64,000 bases of DNA, from contig CACGJS010000002.1 of the NCBI GenBank assembly GCA_902573385.1, positions 17,393 through 81,392 on the forward strand, read 5' to 3'. Shown in pieces: positions 27,816 through 37,629 of the stretch; positions within the stretch are counted from its first letter, which is position 1; each line of letters starts with the position of its first letter. The DNA is from an uncultured Pelagibacteraceae bacterium (GTDB taxonomy: Bacteria > Pseudomonadota > Alphaproteobacteria > Pelagibacterales > Pelagibacteraceae). The position numbers and the translations under genes are program-made. The notes under the pieces are model-generated. The model saw nothing but the letters and a program-made list of their open reading frames with translations. It did no database searches and was not told the DNA's origin.

Positions 27816-28589
27816 ATGAAAAGCCTCATTGAAAAAACTTCAGATAAACTTGTAAATGCCTTTCTTAAAGATAAAATTATTTCTCCCATTCCATTACAAT
27901 TTACAAAAAAATTAAAAAATGCACAAAAATTAAGAAAGCTATGTGAAAGCAAAATTAAGGAGCCGGTAATAGGTTTTAAGGCTGCAGGAACTGGAATACC
28001 TTTAATAAAAAAATTTAATGAAAAAGAACCTTTTTATGCATCTGTTTATGAAAGAAATTTTTTAAGAAGTGGAAAAAAAGTTAAAATTAATAAATCAACT
28101 TTAGGAATTGAACTTGAAGTTTGCTATTTAATTAAAAAATCCTTCTTTGCTACAAAAGTTAAAATAACAAAAAAAAATTACCTAAGATTTATATCACATA
28201 CTGCACCCTGTATTGAAATTGTCGGTTATAGACAAAGAAAAAAAGGAATTACTTCTTTTGGTGATTTATGTAGTGATTTCGGCGCAAATGTAAAATTTTT
28301 AATTGGGAAAAAAAAAAAATATAGAAAAATAAAGATAGGTAATTTAAAAACAAAAATTGCAAATAAAAGAATTAATCAAAGTGTAAACGGAAATACAAAC
28401 ACTGTTTATATAAATCCTCTAAACTCATTAAGGTTTGTTTTAAAAAAGCTAAAAGAAGACAAAATAAACTTAAATAAAGATTTCTATGTATTTACTGGTT
28501 CTACTGTAGGTGTTGTTCCAATTAAAAGTAAGGGATCCTATATAGGAAAAATTGATAAATTAGGATCTGTAACGGCAATAATTTACTAA
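27816..28589 (+). CDS. 2-keto-4-pentenoate hydratase / FAH-superfamily protein
   Basis: GFK, GIELEV, APCIEIV, SDFGAN, TGS. Confidence 0.7.
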   Translation: MKSLIEKTSDKLVNAFLKDKIISPIPLQFTKKLKNAQKLRKLCESKIKEPVIGFKAAGTGIPLIKKFNEKEPFYASVYERNFLRSGKKVKINKSTLGIELEVCYLIKKSFFATKVKITKKNYLRFISHTAPCIEIVGYRQRKKGITSFGDLCSDFGANVKFLIGKKKKYRKIKIGNLKTKIANKRINQSVNGNTNTVYINPLNSLRFVLKKLKEDKINLNKDFYVFTGSTVGVVPIKSKGSYIGKIDKLGSVTAIIY

Positions 28590-29740
28590 TGGCACTTCAT
28601 TTTAGTAAACAGGAATTTTCCAATAGAAAAAAAAATATTATTAAATCTATGAAAGAGGAAAACTTAGATGCTCTTCTTATTTTTAGACAAGAATCTATGT
28701 ATTGGCTTACTGGTTATGATACTTTTGGTTATGTTTTTTTTCAAACTTTAATATTAGATCAAAAAGGAAGAATGATTCTTTTAACTAGAGCACCAGATTT
28801 AAGACAAGCTCAAAACACTTCTAATATAAAAGATATTCGAATTTGGGTAGATAAGGATAACTCAAATCCTACAGAAGATCTTAAATTAATTTTGATTGAA
28901 TTAAATTTAAAAGACAAAAAAATTGGTATTGAATATGAAGCATATGGTATGACAGGACGAAATGCCTTAAGAATAAATAATTCCCTAAAAAACTACTGTA
29001 GTATTGAAGATTATTCTGAATTAATTACAAAACACAGAGTTATTAAATCTCAAGAAGAAATTGTTTATGTTCAAAAAGCTGCCCAGTTGGCAGATGAAGC
29101 TCTTGATGAAGCATGGAAATATACGAAAGCTGGCGCCAGTGAAGCTAAAATTTTAGCAGAAATGCAAAAGGTAATACTCGAAGGTGGTGGTGACTATCCT
29201 GCTAATGAGTTTATAATTGGATCAGGTCAAAATGCTTTGCTATGCCGATATCAAGCAGAAAAAAGAAATTTATCCAATAACGATCAATTAAGCATTGAAT
29301 GGGCGGGAGTATTTAAACATTATCATTCAGCAATGTTTAGAACTATACTAACTGGGAAAGCAAATCCTAAACATATAAAAATGCATCAAGCTTGTATAGA
29401 TGCTCTAAGTAACTGTGAAAAAAATTTAGTTCCTGGCAAAACAGCTGGAGCTGTTTTTGATATCCATGCCAAAACATTTGATAATCTAGGTTATAATAAA
29501 GCTAGAATGAATGCCTGCGGATATTCATTAGGCTCAACATTTTCACCAAACTGGATGGACTGGCCAATGCTTTACACTGGTAACCCATATATCATTCAAC
29601 CAGGTAATGTCTTCTTCATGCATATGATATTAATGGACTCAAATAATGAATTGGCAATGAATTTAGGTGAAACATATCTTGTGACTGAAAACGGAAACAA
29701 AAGATTAGGTAAACAAAAACTGGATTTAATAATAATTTAG
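28589..29740 (+). CDS. M24 Xaa-Pro peptidase family (creatinase/ectoine hydrolase-like)
   Basis: QESMYWLTGYDTFGY, RVIKSQEEI, HSAMFRT. Confidence 0.85.
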   Translation: MALHFSKQEFSNRKKNIIKSMKEENLDALLIFRQESMYWLTGYDTFGYVFFQTLILDQKGRMILLTRAPDLRQAQNTSNIKDIRIWVDKDNSNPTEDLKLILIELNLKDKKIGIEYEAYGMTGRNALRINNSLKNYCSIEDYSELITKHRVIKSQEEIVYVQKAAQLADEALDEAWKYTKAGASEAKILAEMQKVILEGGGDYPANEFIIGSGQNALLCRYQAEKRNLSNNDQLSIEWAGVFKHYHSAMFRTILTGKANPKHIKMHQACIDALSNCEKNLVPGKTAGAVFDIHAKTFDNLGYNKARMNACGYSLGSTFSPNWMDWPMLYTGNPYIIQPGNVFFMHMILMDSNNELAMNLGETYLVTENGNKRLGKQKLDLIII

Positions 29741-29791
29741 ATCTGATAGTAATATAAAATTAAACAAATACCAGTAATTAGAGAGAAAAAC

Positions 29792-30538
29792 TTGGACCTG
29801 AAAAATATCATTTTAAATAGTTTTTTATATGTCCCAATGCCAATTATATGGTTATTTATGATATATTTTTTTATTAAATCTAAACTTTTAAAAAAAATTA
29901 TTATTTTGTTTAGTTTTACATTTTTATTAATCACATCTTTACCTATCTTGTCATCTAATCTTAATAAATTTTTTTATAGTGACAGCTACAAAATCTCAAA
30001 TAATAAAAAAAAAATTTCTTACGTATTAATTCCAACTTCAGGAATTTATCATGATAGACACAAAAATTGGCATCCAACAGAAGAAAGTATAAGCCGAACA
30101 CAGTATGGAAAAAAATTAGCAGATGAGTTTAATATTCCTATGATTATATCTGGTGGAGAAAGTGGAAATACATCTTTTTTATCAGATAAAAATATAAGAA
30201 GAAGTAAAGCAGCTAATTTAATTTCAGAATATTTTTCTTATGATTTTTACCATATAGATTCTGAAAGTATGAATACCTTTGAAATGGCAAAAAATTTAAA
30301 AAAATCTAATATAAATTTTGATGGTCCAATATTATTAGCAACAAATCCCCTTCATCATAAAAGAACAATTTTGGCTTTAAAGAAACAAAACTTAGATGTA
30401 GTAATTCCTGATGATTATATTAAAAATACCAGGAATAGTTATTCAATAATACCATCTATTAATGGTTTCAATAGTTTTAATAAAATTATTTATGAATTCT
30501 TAGGCTTAGGTTGGTATTATTTATCGGGAAAAATTTAA
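29792..30538 (+). CDS. YdcF/DUF218 family protein
   Basis: N-terminal TM, IISGG, SMNTFE, HHKR, YEFLG. Confidence 0.75.
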   Translation: MDLKNIILNSFLYVPMPIIWLFMIYFFIKSKLLKKIIILFSFTFLLITSLPILSSNLNKFFYSDSYKISNNKKKISYVLIPTSGIYHDRHKNWHPTEESISRTQYGKKLADEFNIPMIISGGESGNTSFLSDKNIRRSKAANLISEYFSYDFYHIDSESMNTFEMAKNLKKSNINFDGPILLATNPLHHKRTILALKKQNLDVVIPDDYIKNTRNSYSIIPSINGFNSFNKIIYEFLGLGWYYLSGKI

Positions 30539-30555
30539 TTTTCTAAAAATATTTT

Positions 30556-31479
30556 TTAATTTTTTCTAAATAAAATTGCCAAAGCTCCATTTGGATGTTC
30601 TGTTTTTATGATTGATGATTTTTCTGTATTATCAAAAATAAAATCTAGATCATTTGAAGTAAGAATAGAATGGTTAAACTTTTCTTTTTTTAAAATATAA
30701 TCAAATATTTGTTCAATAGTATATTTGTCTCTTTGTAAAAAAATTCCACTATTTTCTTTATTAAATTTTTGAGATAAATTTCTTTCCCTATCAGCGCCTC
30801 TAAAATCTTCTAAAATATAGATCCCACCATCATTTAAATGTTTGTAAAAATTTTTTATATTAAAAAAAAAAGCATCATATGTGTGGCTACTATCGTCAAT
30901 TATAACATCAAACTTTTTATTTTTTTTAAGAAAATTATTTACTTGTTTTTGATTTAAGCAATCAACACTTGAATAATTTAATCTATTACCCTTATAAAAC
31001 AATTTATCTTTTTTTTTTATATCCATGCCATTTATTGATGCATTAGAAAAATATTTATACCAACTAGCTATTGAATGCCCATTTGCAACACCTATCTCTA
31101 AAAAATTTATATCTTTGTCTTTTAAATTTTCAAAAATTTTCTCATATATACTGGTAAAATCATGTCCAAGTTGGTGTTCAAAATTATATGCATTTTCTCT
31201 TTTAATCCATTCTTCGTAGTTTTTAAATTTAACCTCTCTATCTAAAATCAAATGATCATAAGTTTTTTTACCATCAAATTTTCCTTTATCTGAACCAAAT
31301 CTTAAAAAAAGTTCATCTAAATTAAGATTATTGTGAAAAGTCAATTTATCTAAATCAATTTTATTATTTCCAAATAATGTAAAAAATGATTTGTAAAAAA
31401 TAGACTTAAAATCACCTCTACTTAAATAAAGAAAAAATCTTTTATAAAAATATTTTATTTTAGACATCATATTTTTCAA
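30556..31479 (-). CDS. Class I SAM-dependent methyltransferase (sugar O-methyltransferase-like)
   Basis: GSDK, FLEIGVANGHS, FDVIIDDSSH, GGIYILED. Confidence 0.8.
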   Translation of the reverse strand: MKNMMSKIKYFYKRFFLYLSRGDFKSIFYKSFFTLFGNNKIDLDKLTFHNNLNLDELFLRFGSDKGKFDGKKTYDHLILDREVKFKNYEEWIKRENAYNFEHQLGHDFTSIYEKIFENLKDKDINFLEIGVANGHSIASWYKYFSNASINGMDIKKKDKLFYKGNRLNYSSVDCLNQKQVNNFLKKNKKFDVIIDDSSHTYDAFFFNIKNFYKHLNDGGIYILEDFRGADRERNLSQKFNKENSGIFLQRDKYTIEQIFDYILKKEKFNHSILTSNDLDFIFDNTEKSSIIKTEHPNGALAILFRKN

Positions 31480-31554
31480 TGATTAGTACGTTTGTGATAA
31501 AATTCATAGTTAAAAATTCCTTCTGGACAATTAGACTAGATATTATAAAAACAA

Positions 31555-32253
31555 TTGCAAATGATAAAAACCTTTAAAACTGGTAAATGGACATTTGGAA
31601 AAAATGTTTATAAAGAATTTAACTCACACATCGAAAAAAGTATACCGAGCTATTTAAAAACTCAAAAATTAATTTCTGAATTATCAACTTACTTCTTAAG
31701 GGAAGACTCTATTTGTTATGATATTGGTTTTTCTACAGGAACACTTTTAGTTAAGATCAATAATTTAAACCTTGAAAAAAAAATAAATTTCATTGGTATA
31801 GAACCTGAGTTAAATATGCTCAAGAGTTTTAAACGTTCAAAAGAATTTAAAAAAATTACATTAATTAATAAAGTAGTTGAAAATATCAAAATGAAAAAAA
31901 GTGATTATATTATTTCTCATTATACATTACAATTTATAAGACAAAATCTTAGATTAAAAATTTTAAAAAAAATTTACAATTCATTGAATCCAGGTGGAGG
32001 ATTTGTATTATTTGAAAAAGTTTATGCAAATAATTCAAGATTTGAAAAAATTTTTTCAGACATGCTAGTTGACTTTAAATCGAAAAATAATTTCTCTGAA
32101 AAAGAAATTATTAATAAAAATAAAGCTATACGCGGAATTCTTGAACCCTTAACTACAAGACAAAATATTATAAATTTAAAAAAAGCGGGTTTTAAAAATA
32201 ATCAGATAATTCATCAAGATATTAATTTTATAGGGATACTATCAATTAAATGA
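31555..32253 (+). CDS. CmoA-like SAM-dependent transferase
   Basis: HIEKSIPSY, YDIGFSTG, YTLQF, LNPGGGFVLFEK. Confidence 0.8.
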   Translation: MQMIKTFKTGKWTFGKNVYKEFNSHIEKSIPSYLKTQKLISELSTYFLREDSICYDIGFSTGTLLVKINNLNLEKKINFIGIEPELNMLKSFKRSKEFKKITLINKVVENIKMKKSDYIISHYTLQFIRQNLRLKILKKIYNSLNPGGGFVLFEKVYANNSRFEKIFSDMLVDFKSKNNFSEKEIINKNKAIRGILEPLTTRQNIINLKKAGFKNNQIIHQDINFIGILSIK

Positions 32254-33083
32254 TTAAAATTAAGTTACCAAAAAAAATCAAAAATTTAATTAATGCTAAA
32301 AATAACGATGATGTTATTAGAAATAATCTAATTATAAGTAAAAAGTTTCCAAAAATCATTCTTGATAACGATATAAAAAAAAGAATTTTCTCTAAAATAA
32401 AAAAAAAAGATATTAGAGTTTCTAAGGTTCCACACACACCTGATTTAGCAGATTTATATGTCCTTTATAATTTGATCTATTTAAATAACAGAATTAATAT
32501 TTTAGAATATGGTTGTGGATCTTCATCAATAGCTATTTTAAAAGCCTTAAATGATATCAAGAGAAAAAAAAATTCTAAGCATTTTACAAGAATTAAAAAC
32601 CCTTACAGTTTAACTATTATGGATGATAATAAGTTTTTTTTAAACATAGCAAAAAAAAAAATTATAAATTCAAAATATTATAATAAGAATGTAAATTTTC
32701 ATTACTCTAAATGTGTTATGACAAAATATAACAATAGATATGCCACTGAGTATTCATCACACGCATTAGTAAATCCAGATTTTATTTATTTAGATGGGCC
32801 AAGTCATGTTAATATTAAAGGAAAAATTAACAATTTTACTGTTAATGATTTTGAAATGATGCCTATGGTATCAGATATATTAAAGTATGAAAATTTTTTA
32901 ACTCCAGGAACAATTATATTAACTGATGGCAGAACCAACAATGTGAGATTCTTATTAAATAATTTTCAAAGAAAATGGAAACATTTAGAACTGGAATGGA
33001 ATGATAATCACATACTTTACTTAGATGAAAAGCCACTTGGAAATTGGAATAAAGAACAAATTAAGTTTTATAATTCAAATTAA
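32250..33083 (+). CDS. Hypothetical protein, methyltransferase-fold-like
   Basis: ILEYGCGSSS, DFIYLDGP. Confidence 0.55.
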   Translation: MIKIKLPKKIKNLINAKNNDDVIRNNLIISKKFPKIILDNDIKKRIFSKIKKKDIRVSKVPHTPDLADLYVLYNLIYLNNRINILEYGCGSSSIAILKALNDIKRKKNSKHFTRIKNPYSLTIMDDNKFFLNIAKKKIINSKYYNKNVNFHYSKCVMTKYNNRYATEYSSHALVNPDFIYLDGPSHVNIKGKINNFTVNDFEMMPMVSDILKYENFLTPGTIILTDGRTNNVRFLLNNFQRKWKHLELEWNDNHILYLDEKPLGNWNKEQIKFYNSN

Positions 33084-33108
33084 GTTGTGAAAAAATTTAA
33101 ATAAATTT

Positions 33109-34944
33109 ATGTGTGGTTATATATGCTTTGTTAATGAAAATAATCTTGCTAATAAATATTTAAATTATACTTATAAAAATGAATTATCAAACCACAGGGG
33201 ACCAAATAGTCAAAAATTTTATAAAGAAAATAATTTTCTTGCATATTTTAGACGATTATCAATTATAGATGTTACTCATAAATCAGATCAACCAATTATA
33301 TCTCAAGATAAAAGATACATTTTAGTATTTAATGGTGAAATATATAATTTTATAGAATTAAGAAATCGTTTAAAAAAAAAAAATATTAAATTTAAATCAA
33401 ATGGTGATGCAGAAGTTATTTTAAAAAGTTTTATTTACTATGGTGAAAATTTTGTAGATGAATTAAGAGGTATGTTTAGCTTTTGTATTTGGGATAAACA
33501 TCGACAGAAACTCATTGCTTACAGAGACCGATTTGGGCAGAAACCTTTATATTATTTTAAAACAAATCGAGGTTTAATAATTTCTTCTGAAATAAAAGAT
33601 ATAAATAAAATTGCTAACTTAAGTAAAAATTCTTTAACTATAAATAAATATTTATTTAGAAATATCCTTGATAATAATGATGAAACTTTTTATGATAATT
33701 TAAAAAGACTTGAACCTTCTAGAAGATTAATATTCGAAAAAAATACTATTAAAATATCTAAATATTATGATTTAAAATTTTCTGAAAAAAAAAATTTTAT
33801 TCTGGAAGAATTTTTAGATATTTATAACGAATGTTTAAAATTACATTTACAATCGGACGTTAAAATAGCTTTTTTATTAAGTGGTGGAATTGACTCATCA
33901 TCTGTAGTTGCTAGTTCTTTAAATTTTAAAAAAAATATTAAAGCTTTTACAGTGATACCAAAATATACATACAACGAAAAACCATATATCAATCATTTTA
34001 TAAAGCAAAAAAAAATTTCTCATGAATACATAAATCTGGATGACAAAATAAATGTTGATAACTTTAAAAAAGCGTTATCTTTTCAAGATGAACCATTTCA
34101 TGGAACAAACAGTTTATATCAGTTTTTATTAAATCAAGAAATCATAAAAAGAAAATATAAAGTTGTTATTACTGGCGAGGGCGCTGATGAAGTTTTGGGT
34201 GGTTACGATAGAATGTTTCTATATTATATGTGGCAACTTCTAAATGATAATAAAATTAAAAAATTTGATAAAATAGTTTTTGAAAGAAATTTAAATAAAG
34301 ATTTATTAAAAAAAAATATTTTAAATTTAAAAAAAAACATAAATAAAAATATTACTGATTTTGAAAATAATAAAGCTTTTGAATATTTAAATTCAAATAC
34401 TAATAAGAATAAATATTATAATTTAAGATGGAATGATCTTAGAGCCTCTAATAAAAATGTTTTTAAAAAATCACTTAAAAACTCTATTTTTACAAATGAT
34501 TTACAAATTGCTTTGAGGATGTCAGATAGAAATTCTATGTCATCAAGTATAGAAAACAGAGCTCCTTACTTAGATCATAAATTTGTTGATTATATTTTTT
34601 CTATAAAATCAGAAGACTTTTATTATAACAATATGTCTAAGGGCATGTTAAGATTTGCAATGAGAGAAACCTGTCCAAAAAAAATTCTTAATAGAAAAAA
34701 CAAAACTGGTAGACCAGGAAGCGATATGTATTTTATTTTTAAAAAGGTTTTTGATGATTATATTGATTTATTAGAAACATCTGATCTTACCAACTATGGC
34801 TTTAGTATTGAAAAAATTAAAAAAACACTATTTAAATTCAAAAAAAACCTTAATTATTCTTCAAGCTTAAATAAAGATTTTAGAAATGATATGAACTTTT
34901 TTTTTAGAATATACTCTTATTTAGTTTGGTCAAAATTAAATTAA
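33109..34944 (+). CDS. asnB: Asparagine synthase (glutamine-hydrolysing) family amidotransferase
   Basis: MCG, HRGP, NGEIYN, RDRFGQKPL, SGGIDSS, GEGADE. Confidence 0.9.
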   Translation: MCGYICFVNENNLANKYLNYTYKNELSNHRGPNSQKFYKENNFLAYFRRLSIIDVTHKSDQPIISQDKRYILVFNGEIYNFIELRNRLKKKNIKFKSNGDAEVILKSFIYYGENFVDELRGMFSFCIWDKHRQKLIAYRDRFGQKPLYYFKTNRGLIISSEIKDINKIANLSKNSLTINKYLFRNILDNNDETFYDNLKRLEPSRRLIFEKNTIKISKYYDLKFSEKKNFILEEFLDIYNECLKLHLQSDVKIAFLLSGGIDSSSVVASSLNFKKNIKAFTVIPKYTYNEKPYINHFIKQKKISHEYINLDDKINVDNFKKALSFQDEPFHGTNSLYQFLLNQEIIKRKYKVVITGEGADEVLGGYDRMFLYYMWQLLNDNKIKKFDKIVFERNLNKDLLKKNILNLKKNINKNITDFENNKAFEYLNSNTNKNKYYNLRWNDLRASNKNVFKKSLKNSIFTNDLQIALRMSDRNSMSSSIENRAPYLDHKFVDYIFSIKSEDFYYNNMSKGMLRFAMRETCPKKILNRKNKTGRPGSDMYFIFKKVFDDYIDLLETSDLTNYGFSIEKIKKTLFKFKKNLNYSSSLNKDFRNDMNFFFRIYSYLVWSKLN

Positions 34945-34986
34945 TATTATTGATATTTTCTACTATTATAAAAATGATTAAATAAA

Positions 34987-36075
34987 ATGAATAAAATACT
35001 CAAATATATATCTATATACTTATTCTTTTTTATTGTTGGAGACATTCTATTTAGTAACTTTATTTATAAAAAGAAGGTTCAAAATAATTGTTATAAATAT
35101 ACTGAGTATTTTCATCACCTTAAAAAGAATTGTCATGCTAAAGAAAAATGGCTTAAAAATGCTTTAAGTTACGATGTTTATACTGATAATAATGGATATA
35201 GATATAGTGGTAAAAAGAAACATGCCAATTCCAAAAAAGTTGCTACTTTTTCTGGAGGATCTTTTGCTTATGGTATGGGATTAGACTATAAAAAAATTTT
35301 TACTGGATTAATAGAAGACAAAAATAAAGAATACAAAATTATAAATTTAGGTGTACCAGGATATAGTACTTCAGTATTTAATTATCAATTAAAAAAACTA
35401 ATCAATAATGGAATTATACCAAAAAAAATTTTCGTTGTACTTGATGTCCTTGATGTCTCAAATGAAGCATCACTTTGGGGTAAAAAAAATGAATATGACC
35501 ATCCAGTTAAATTAAAAAAAAATATTATTGATGTAGAAGATAACAATAGTCTAAAAAATATTAAAAGAAATAATTTTAAGGTATCAAGATTAATAGCTAG
35601 AAGCGTAAATAATTTTTTTAGATCTATAAGGTTATATTTTAAAACCTTAGGAAAAGAACCTGAGGAGTCAATTAAAACACCTTGGGGTAGTTTTTTATAT
35701 ACCAAGATAGAAGAAACAGAACAGTGGTTATGGGAACCTTTCGGTTTTAATCAAGGTATTTTTAAAGTAACAGAAAATATGAAAGAAATTTCAAAAATGG
35801 CTCAATCGATTAATGCAGATTTTTATATAATAATTTACCCTTGGCCAGATGCGTTAGAATATGGTCAAAATAATTTTAATTGGGAAAAGTTTGCTAATAA
35901 TTTATGTAAAGAAGTTTCTTGTACTGAATTGATAAATTTATTTCCAGATTTCAAAATTATTAAGGAAAATTCTAGTAATTGGATTAGTAAAATATATATT
36001 AAAGATGATATGCATTTAAATGAATTTGGCCACAAGGTCATTGCTGATAAGATATTAAAAGTTGGATTTAATTAA
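34987..36075 (+). CDS. SGNH/GDSL-like membrane-anchored protein
   Basis: GGSFAYG, NLGVPGYS, DMHLNEFGH. Confidence 0.75.
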   Translation: MNKILKYISIYLFFFIVGDILFSNFIYKKKVQNNCYKYTEYFHHLKKNCHAKEKWLKNALSYDVYTDNNGYRYSGKKKHANSKKVATFSGGSFAYGMGLDYKKIFTGLIEDKNKEYKIINLGVPGYSTSVFNYQLKKLINNGIIPKKIFVVLDVLDVSNEASLWGKKNEYDHPVKLKKNIIDVEDNNSLKNIKRNNFKVSRLIARSVNNFFRSIRLYFKTLGKEPEESIKTPWGSFLYTKIEETEQWLWEPFGFNQGIFKVTENMKEISKMAQSINADFYIIIYPWPDALEYGQNNFNWEKFANNLCKEVSCTELINLFPDFKIIKENSSNWISKIYIKDDMHLNEFGHKVIADKILKVGFN

Positions 36076-37397
36076 GTTTCTTTTTTAGCTTCAGTTTTAA
36101 ATTTATCAATCAAATAACTTGTATTTTTAAAACAAAAAACAATGATTAAAGCAATAAAAAGTATTATTAATATATTTGTTTTATCTTGAAAATAACTTGG
36201 TAATTCAAAACCATTTAATCCTAACATACCTTTAATTATACTAAGTGAGCTATTTAGATTATCAGATCTAAAAAATACAAAAGTTAAATTGATGTAATTA
36301 AAAGTGAGAAAACAAGCAATATACTTATTTAATTTAAAATCAAATAGTTTTCTATACACATGGTTTGTTATTAATCCAAATCCATGTAATGCTCCAAAAA
36401 TTACGAATAACCATGACGGTCCGTGCCAAATACCTGCAATAAGAAATACAAAAAAAATTATAATCATTATCTTTAAAAAATTTACTTTTTTTAAAGATTT
36501 GACCCACGGAAAATAAATGTAATTTGTTAAAAAGTTTGCAAGTGTAATATGCCATTTTTGCCAAAAATTAATAATACTTGTAGCTTTATAAGGACTATCA
36601 AAATTAATTGGTAATCTAATATTAAACAATAAAGCAATACCTGTTGCCATATCTACGTACCCACTAAAATCAAAATAAATTTGAAAAGTAAAACTTAAAG
36701 AAGTTAACCAGCTAGCAAAAAATTCTAAATTTTGAGATCCCGAAAAACCATCTTCAACAAATATAGCTAAATTGTCTGCTAAGATTATTTTTTTAAATAG
36801 TCCAATTAAAATTATAACTAAGCCTAGATTTATATTTTGTCTGTTGATAAATCTATTATTTTGATCATCAAATTGAGACATCATATGATTATATTTAACA
36901 ATTGGACCTGCAATTAATTGTGGAAAAAAAATTATAAATAAAGAATATTGAGTAAACCTTGTTCTTTTAATGTTGCCATCATAACAATCTACTAAGTAAG
37001 CTATTGTTTGAAATGTAAAAAAACTCATTGCCAATGGAAATGGTAAATTAAGTAAATCTATATTTGAATTAAATAAAAAATTAATATTTTCAATTATAAA
37101 ATCTGCGTATTTAAAAATAGCTAAAAATAATATGTTAAAAAAGATTGCAAAAAAAAGAATTTTTTTTTTATAATTTTTATGAAGATCATTTTTAATTAAA
37201 TTACCAAAATAAAAATTAAAAATTATTGAAATAATAATTATTGGAGACAGATAAATATTCCACCAAGCATAGAAAAAAAATCCTCCAATAATTAAGAGAT
37301 ATTCATGAGCAAATTTTGAAAATCTAGATAGATAGTAATATAAAAATAAAATTATTGGTAAAAACAAAAATAAAAATACGGGACTATGAAATAACAC
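36072..37397 (-). CDS. MBOAT O-acyltransferase (AlgI/DltB-like)
   Basis: SFFTFQ, FFPQLIAGPI, DFSGY, FWQKWHITL, GIWHG. Confidence 0.93.
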   Translation of the reverse strand: MLFHSPVFLFLFLPIILFLYYYLSRFSKFAHEYLLIIGGFFFYAWWNIYLSPIIIISIIFNFYFGNLIKNDLHKNYKKKILFFAIFFNILFLAIFKYADFIIENINFLFNSNIDLLNLPFPLAMSFFTFQTIAYLVDCYDGNIKRTRFTQYSLFIIFFPQLIAGPIVKYNHMMSQFDDQNNRFINRQNINLGLVIILIGLFKKIILADNLAIFVEDGFSGSQNLEFFASWLTSLSFTFQIYFDFSGYVDMATGIALLFNIRLPINFDSPYKATSIINFWQKWHITLANFLTNYIYFPWVKSLKKVNFLKIMIIIFFVFLIAGIWHGPSWLFVIFGALHGFGLITNHVYRKLFDFKLNKYIACFLTFNYINLTFVFFRSDNLNSSLSIIKGMLGLNGFELPSYFQDKTNILIILFIALIIVFCFKNTSYLIDKFKTEAKKET

Positions 37398-37401
37398 TTT
37401 A

Positions 37402-37629
37402 TTATTTTAAATGATTTACTATTGATTTTATAGATGTTAATTCACCCATTTTATTGGCGCCAATTTCTTGATTAGTTTTTTTTTCTATCTCTAAAATTAT
37501 ATTTACTTGTGCAAGACTATCCCACTGATAGAAATCTTTTGATTTAGAATTTATATTAATATTTTTTGCTTCAACCTTAATATGTTTTGAAACTATTGAA
37601 ATTATTTGTTCTAAATCAATTTTTGACAT
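37402..37629 (-). CDS. Acyl carrier protein
   Basis: 75 aa, WDSL phosphopantetheine site. Confidence 0.85.
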   Translation of the reverse strand: MSKIDLEQIISIVSKHIKVEAKNININSKSKDFYQWDSLAQVNIILEIEKKTNQEIGANKMGELTSIKSIVNHLK

